From NCBI GenBank assembly GCA_010093815.1, contig ML996576.1: a stretch of 64,000 bases of DNA; one strand, given 5' to 3'. Of the stretch, positions 59,520 to 64,000 are shown piece by piece. The notes under the pieces are model-generated. The model searched no databases, was not told the origin of the DNA, and saw nothing but the letters and a program-made list of their open reading frames with translations. This stretch comes from Pseudovirgaria hyperparasitica. Its lineage: Eukaryota. A program made the translations under genes and the position numbers. Every line of letters starts with the position of its first letter. Position 1 is the stretch's first letter.

Positions 59520-61179
59520 ATGAGTCTCACAAACTCAAGCCCCGACTCAAATGTCTACTACCAGGTCCAGTCCGTCATCAACGACTACTTCCTCGCCCAG
59601 GCTGGCCGTAGCATCGTACTCACGACTACCGATACTGCCTTCGCTTTCACCGCTGCTGACGACGGTTATTGGATCATCCGCCCACAGGCCTTGCCAGACC
59701 TATGTATGACCGTCGACTCGGCCGGGACTCCCGTGCTTGCGGATTGCTCGGATGACACAAATCTGCTGTGGACTATCGACGTAATTGATGGCTCCGGATA
59801 TGTGTTTGGGAATCAGGAGTCGCTGTTGTTCCTAAGTAGTACGGTGGATGCGACGGATATGGATTTGACGGCGGTAGGCACAACGAACGCCGGGTATGAT
59901 GTGGATACGCAATGGGGACTGCGGTCGGTTGCGGACATCGATGATGAGAGATACTCGACGGTGAGAAAGGCTTTGCGGCGAGAGGTTCTGCGCTGAACTG
60001 ATGAGGTGTAGTTCCCGCCGGGTGAGACAAGTCCGACAACGGTGGTCCCTGCGGAGCCCACGACAATCATGGTTCCTGAAGAGCCCACGACAACGGATGC
60101 ACCAGTCGTCGGACCGTCACCGACTGGACAAGCTGCTTCGTCCTTTTCAGCGTCGACGTCTGGGCCTCTTCCGGCTCTTGCTTCGGCGGTCATTCTGCCG
60201 TATAGTCCCTATCATATGTGTGGCTAGCTGATTACATCTGACTTCGTACAGTGAAAACATGGACCTCACGTGCCGAAACTGCTCCGTCCAAGGCAACTAT
60301 GACATCGACATCTCCACCGACAACCTCCTCGATTTCTTCACCGACGGTACCGTCTCCCTGGTCGTCAGCGAAGTGACCTCAAACGTATCCCTGGAGATCG
60401 ACCTGCTGCCGGGCTTCAACGCCGTAGATGCATTCTTCACGCTCTTCAACCTCACAGCCAGCAGGAACATTTCCGACGACACAACACTGGTGCTCGACTA
60501 TCGTTTCGGCGTGCCACTGAACATCACCCTTGACTCCGAAGTCAACATCGCGGCCGGCTTTTTGCTAAATATACCAGGCGAGCTAGTGCTTGAAATCGAC
60601 GTCGGGAACAACGAAAACAATCGCCTAACGGGCATAGAAGGCATCGAACTCGAGGCCCTGCCCTTCGGCGTCAGCGCACCAAATCTCGCATTCACTGTAG
60701 CGACAGGCCTGGCACTCCGAGTCTCTGCGACGATCGAGGTTGATGTCACCGATGACATTGAAGTGTCCGGCGAAATCGGCCTCGAGATCGGGTTTCCCAG
60801 TCTCAACATTCACTTTGCGGCTCTGTCCAACGTGAATGGCGACTGTGCGGCGCCAGGCTCGGGGCAAACAGCGTATGATCCTGCGGTCGGTATCACGTTT
60901 GAAGCAGCGGTGGATATAGAGACTAGCGGCATGATATCTGCGGATGTAGGTGCGGAGGTATCGTGGAATGCACCGACATTCAGTCCGGCCAGCCTTCCTT
61001 TGCAGTCGTCGCTGCTAGATCCACAATGTCTCACAGGGGATTCATTGCGAGCTGCAGTAGGCAGTCTGGGTGGGGATGCTGATGAGATCGGTGGTGCGGG
61101 TAGTAGAAACCTCCCTAGCCTTGGGGCGCTCGTGTTCGCGGCTGGAGGCGCTGCTGTGATGGGAGCACTCGTTCTTTAG
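59520..61179 (+). CDS. Acidic, lysine-free 518-aa protein: ricin-B/beta-trefoil-like N-terminus, P/T/S linker, beta-rich domain, GPI-signal-like hydrophobic C-terminus; 3 exons
   Basis: Exons 59520-59960, 60012-60199 and 60252-61179 total 1557 nt in frame. TATAAA at 59432 and ACC-ATG. Repeats GYWII..LCMTV, LLWTI and TQWGL; tail GGAGSRNLPSLGALVFAAGGAAVMGALVL*. The second donor (GTATAG) is weak. Confidence 0.65.
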
Positions 61180-61889
61180 GGTGCTCTTGCTATAGACGAC
61201 CTGAACAACAGAGTGCTGTGGACATCGTAATTTGCTGCTGTGCTCTGTTGGTGCAACGGAACCTCGAATACCTTCAGGCGTCAATCCTGTCACGCATTCA
61301 GGATCAGACCATAACAGCGCATGTCGTGGCATCCATGCATATCGCGGAGCTTCAAGACCCTACATATGATGCTACGGCTAGAAACTGCGATTGATGTGAT
61401 TTTATGAGATGACTCATGCATAGCAGCTGCGACGATTGACGATCGAACCGTACAAAGGACTCAAATTTTGGTCTGGTCTGTTGAAGACTGCGAGGTGTGT
61501 AGATGGCGGGCTGTTGTGCAAAGTCGTGTGCTTGAGACTATTTAAAGGTGAAGTTTTGCGAGTACGAGATAATTTGCGAAGACAGATTTAGGTGCTGTGG
61601 GTTGTAGAATACAGTATATGAGGCGATATGTACTTAGGCTTTTGCTATGTAAGTGCATAAAGATCCATCGGGAGTTGTTCAAGACATTGACTGGAACATC
61701 CACGAAGTCTCGCATTTCATTCGTCATAAAGGCACGGCAGGTCGGAGGGCTTCATATAACTGTCTATTATGGGTATCTCGAGACTATATGATTATGTCAG
61801 TCATCTGTATGTATAGCAAAAGCGCTTTTTTCTATCCACTTCAATGCTTCTTCTACGCGCTCATATATGCTTCGTATCAACTGAGGTAC

Positions 61890-63248
61890 TTATTTCAGCG
61901 CTCTCGCAGCGATATCCTTTCGATATTGCATCTTATCGAAATGTATGCTTCCTACACCTTCATAGGCTTTCCTTACTGCTTCTTCAAGAGTATCGGCAAC
62001 ACCTGTAGCCGCAATGACTCGGCCACCAGAAGTCTTGAGGACTCCGTCGATGAAGTTTGTGCCGGCATGGAATATAACAGTATCTGGAGTAACAATTAAT
62101 CTCAGAAACCTTGCGCCTGGATTTGGCCGTGACTTACCTGCCGTGACGGAGTCTAGCTTAATGTCAAAGCCTTTGCCATATGAACCAGGATAACCCCCGG
62201 CTGCAACGACGACGGTGGCGGCAGACCTGTGAGATACTACGATGGGTACCTCATTGAGACGGCCCTCTGCACTCGCAAGCATGACTTCGGCTAGATCAGA
62301 CTCGAGCAGCGGGAGACAGCTTTGCGTTTCTGGGTCACCAAATCGCACGTTGTATTCCAGGACTTTGGGACCGCTCTTGGTCATCATCAAACCAGTGAAG
62401 AGAATGCCCACAAACGGAAAGCCCTCTTTATGCATGCCTGTAAGCGTAGGTTGGAGAATGGTCTCGTGTATTCGGTCAATCACATCTTTTGGAGCAATTC
62501 TCGTGGGCGCATATGTTCCCATCCCACCAGTGTTAGGGCCTTTGTCGCCATCGAATATCCGCTTATGATCCTGGGCTGGTGGTAGTGATTGCAGCCTTGT
62601 GCCATCGCAGAAGCTCAGGATGCTGAGCTCATCGCCCTCCATAAACTCTTCGATGACTACTTCGTCGCCTGCTGCCCCGAATTCTCTATCTAGCATAATC
62701 TCTCGTAGCGCAGTTTGAGCTTCCTCTTTGGATGCGGGTATTATGACACCCTTCCCTGCCGCTAGTCCACTCGCCTTGATTACGACATTGTGAGAAATCG
62801 AATCTACGTATGCCTTTGCTTCGTGATAATCGCTGAAGTTCTTGTACTCGGCAGTTGGGATGTTATTCCTGTGCATAAAGTCCTTGGAGAAGGTCTTTGA
62901 ACCCTCCATGCGCGCAGCACTCTGCGACGGACCAAAGCATTTCACATCTTTCGCATGCTCTTTAAAATAGTCCACTATACCAGCGACCAAGGGAGCCTCC
63001 GGTCCTGGTACCAGCAGGTTGACATTTTTCTCTGTTGCCAAAGCCACCAAACTTGGAAAGTCTTCAGCCTTGACATTTGTCACGTTGGTGACATTCTTGA
63101 CGCCTGCTGTGCCTCCATTACCAGGAACAACATAAACGTGTTCGACGCGTGGCGACTGTGTGAGTTTCCATGCGATAGCGTGCTCGCGACCGCCATTGCC
63201 GACGAGAAGGACACGAAGGGGAGTGGACGGATCGAGATTCGTGGCCAT
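61890..63248 (-). CDS. ADE5: Phosphoribosylamine-glycine ligase (GAR synthetase, PurD), monofunctional, 2 exons
   Basis: Motifs VLLVGNGGREHA, GPEAPLVAG, EGSKTFSKDFM, KASGLAAGKGV, QDHKR..GPNTGGMG and EYNVRFGDPE. 54-nt intron 62137-62084. Ends QYRKDIAARALK*. Confidence 0.94.
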   Translation of the reverse strand: MATNLDPSTPLRVLLVGNGGREHAIAWKLTQSPRVEHVYVVPGNGGTAGVKNVTNVTNVKAEDFPSLVALATEKNVNLLVPGPEAPLVAGIVDYFKEHAKDVKCFGPSQSAARMEGSKTFSKDFMHRNNIPTAEYKNFSDYHEAKAYVDSISHNVVIKASGLAAGKGVIIPASKEEAQTALREIMLDREFGAAGDEVVIEEFMEGDELSILSFCDGTRLQSLPPAQDHKRIFDGDKGPNTGGMGTYAPTRIAPKDVIDRIHETILQPTLTGMHKEGFPFVGILFTGLMMTKSGPKVLEYNVRFGDPETQSCLPLLESDLAEVMLASAEGRLNEVPIVVSHRSAATVVVAAGGYPGSYGKGFDIKLDSVTAGKSRPNPGARFLRLIVTPDTVIFHAGTNFIDGVLKTSGGRVIAATGVADTLEEAVRKAYEGVGSIHFDKMQYRKDIAARALK

Positions 63249-63850
63249 GTCAAGGACCTGGAAATGTTCTTTGAAAGGGGCGTACAGACACAGGCTCAAG
63301 AGCCAAGTAGCGAGGTTGTGACTTCTTGCTGTTGTTATTAGAGGCAATGATGAAGGCTGAAGAGTAGAAAACTTTTGGCATCCCGGTGGTGCGTTGCGGG
63401 GCATCTATCTATTTCCGGAGTTAAGTCCGCATCCATGGGTACCGGATATTAATTAGACTTCGCATCAGCTTCATAACTTTGATGATACCATCGATATCAT
63501 CGACAATTTATACCCTTTGAAGAGCAATCCTCCATTGTCATGCTACTACTGGACAGTAAGTCTGGTCCTTCGACAATGTGCCATCAAACGCCAACACTTA
63601 GCACTTACTCGCTTGGTGCAACGTAAACGTAAAGTACTTCACGAAACATCTACCGCACACACATATCGGCGAGACCTTGATTTGATGGCTACTGTTTTTA
63701 AGATTGCAGAGGAATACTATAGCACTCTGTTACATGCGCATGCGAACATCGTTGCTGCTGATATCATTGAATGCTATAGGACTTTGCATCCGTTATGCAT
63801 CTCGACTGTTGATCATTCCTTCTCTCTCTCTACCTGCTTCGATTTAGCAT

Positions 63851-64000
63851 ATGAATACCATTTCTGTGGAACCGTTCTACATGGTTCTATCGTTGGTTGA
63901 CATCGAAACTTTGAGACAGATCCGACTCGTGAATAAGCAAGTTGCCGTAGTTGCGGCCGAGCACCTTTTCTCAGAAGTCACAGTCTTCGACAACGAGGAT
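63851..64000 (+). CDS. Start of a probable F-box-like protein (runs off the window)
   Basis: Open to the window end: MNTISVEPFYMVLSLVDIETLRQIRLVNKQVAVVAAEHLFSEVTVFDNED, resembling the fungal F-box pattern (E....I...L....L..LRLV.K.....A...LF). Confidence 0.55.
   Translation, partial: MNTISVEPFYMVLSLVDIETLRQIRLVNKQVAVVAAEHLFSEVTVFDNED

Noticed and set aside
63517..63900. 127-aa plus-strand ORF
   Set aside because: Non-ATG start and no motifs; a different frame from 63851 gives a more protein-like F-box sequence.
1..64000. Secondary-metabolite cluster or transposable element
   Set aside because: No PKS, NRPS, terpene synthase, transposase, reverse transcriptase, LTR or terminal inverted repeat was recognised.

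Overview
Eukaryotic DNA from a filamentous ascomycete (Pezizomycotina; Dothideomycete-like by my impression only). It is gene-dense, with short (mostly about 50-110 nt) GT..CTRAC/T..YAG introns, so many ORF-track entries are fragments, intron read-throughs or antisense shadows. I reconstructed about 27 protein-coding genes by hand. Housekeeping genes include RSM27, an RNase III, HSP60, cofilin, a Get5-like protein, NOP2, SMP3, SKP1, PGS1, NDUFA12, an ABCC transporter and a GAR synthetase. An accessory-looking block at 1-12.5 kb holds a tiny Cys-rich gene, a Zn2Cys6 transcription factor, a MaoC-like dehydratase, CutC, a HeLo-like/G-alpha fusion, a LysM effector and an NAD-binding epimerase. The most striking item is a 3-exon, 578-aa gene at 7386-9226 that fuses a fungal STAND-type N-terminal (HeLo-like) helical domain to a full-length G-alpha fold in which all five G-box motifs are degenerate. 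Also notable are a stand-alone GAR synthetase lacking the AIR synthetase half of fungal Ade5,7, a lysine-free 518-aa lectin-like/GPI-tail protein with no evident signal peptide, a uORF ahead of a glucose transporter, and recurrent local C-rich to G-rich skew switches. I saw no tRNA, rRNA, CRISPR array or intact transposon. Family assignments come from motif recognition by eye, not from database searches.
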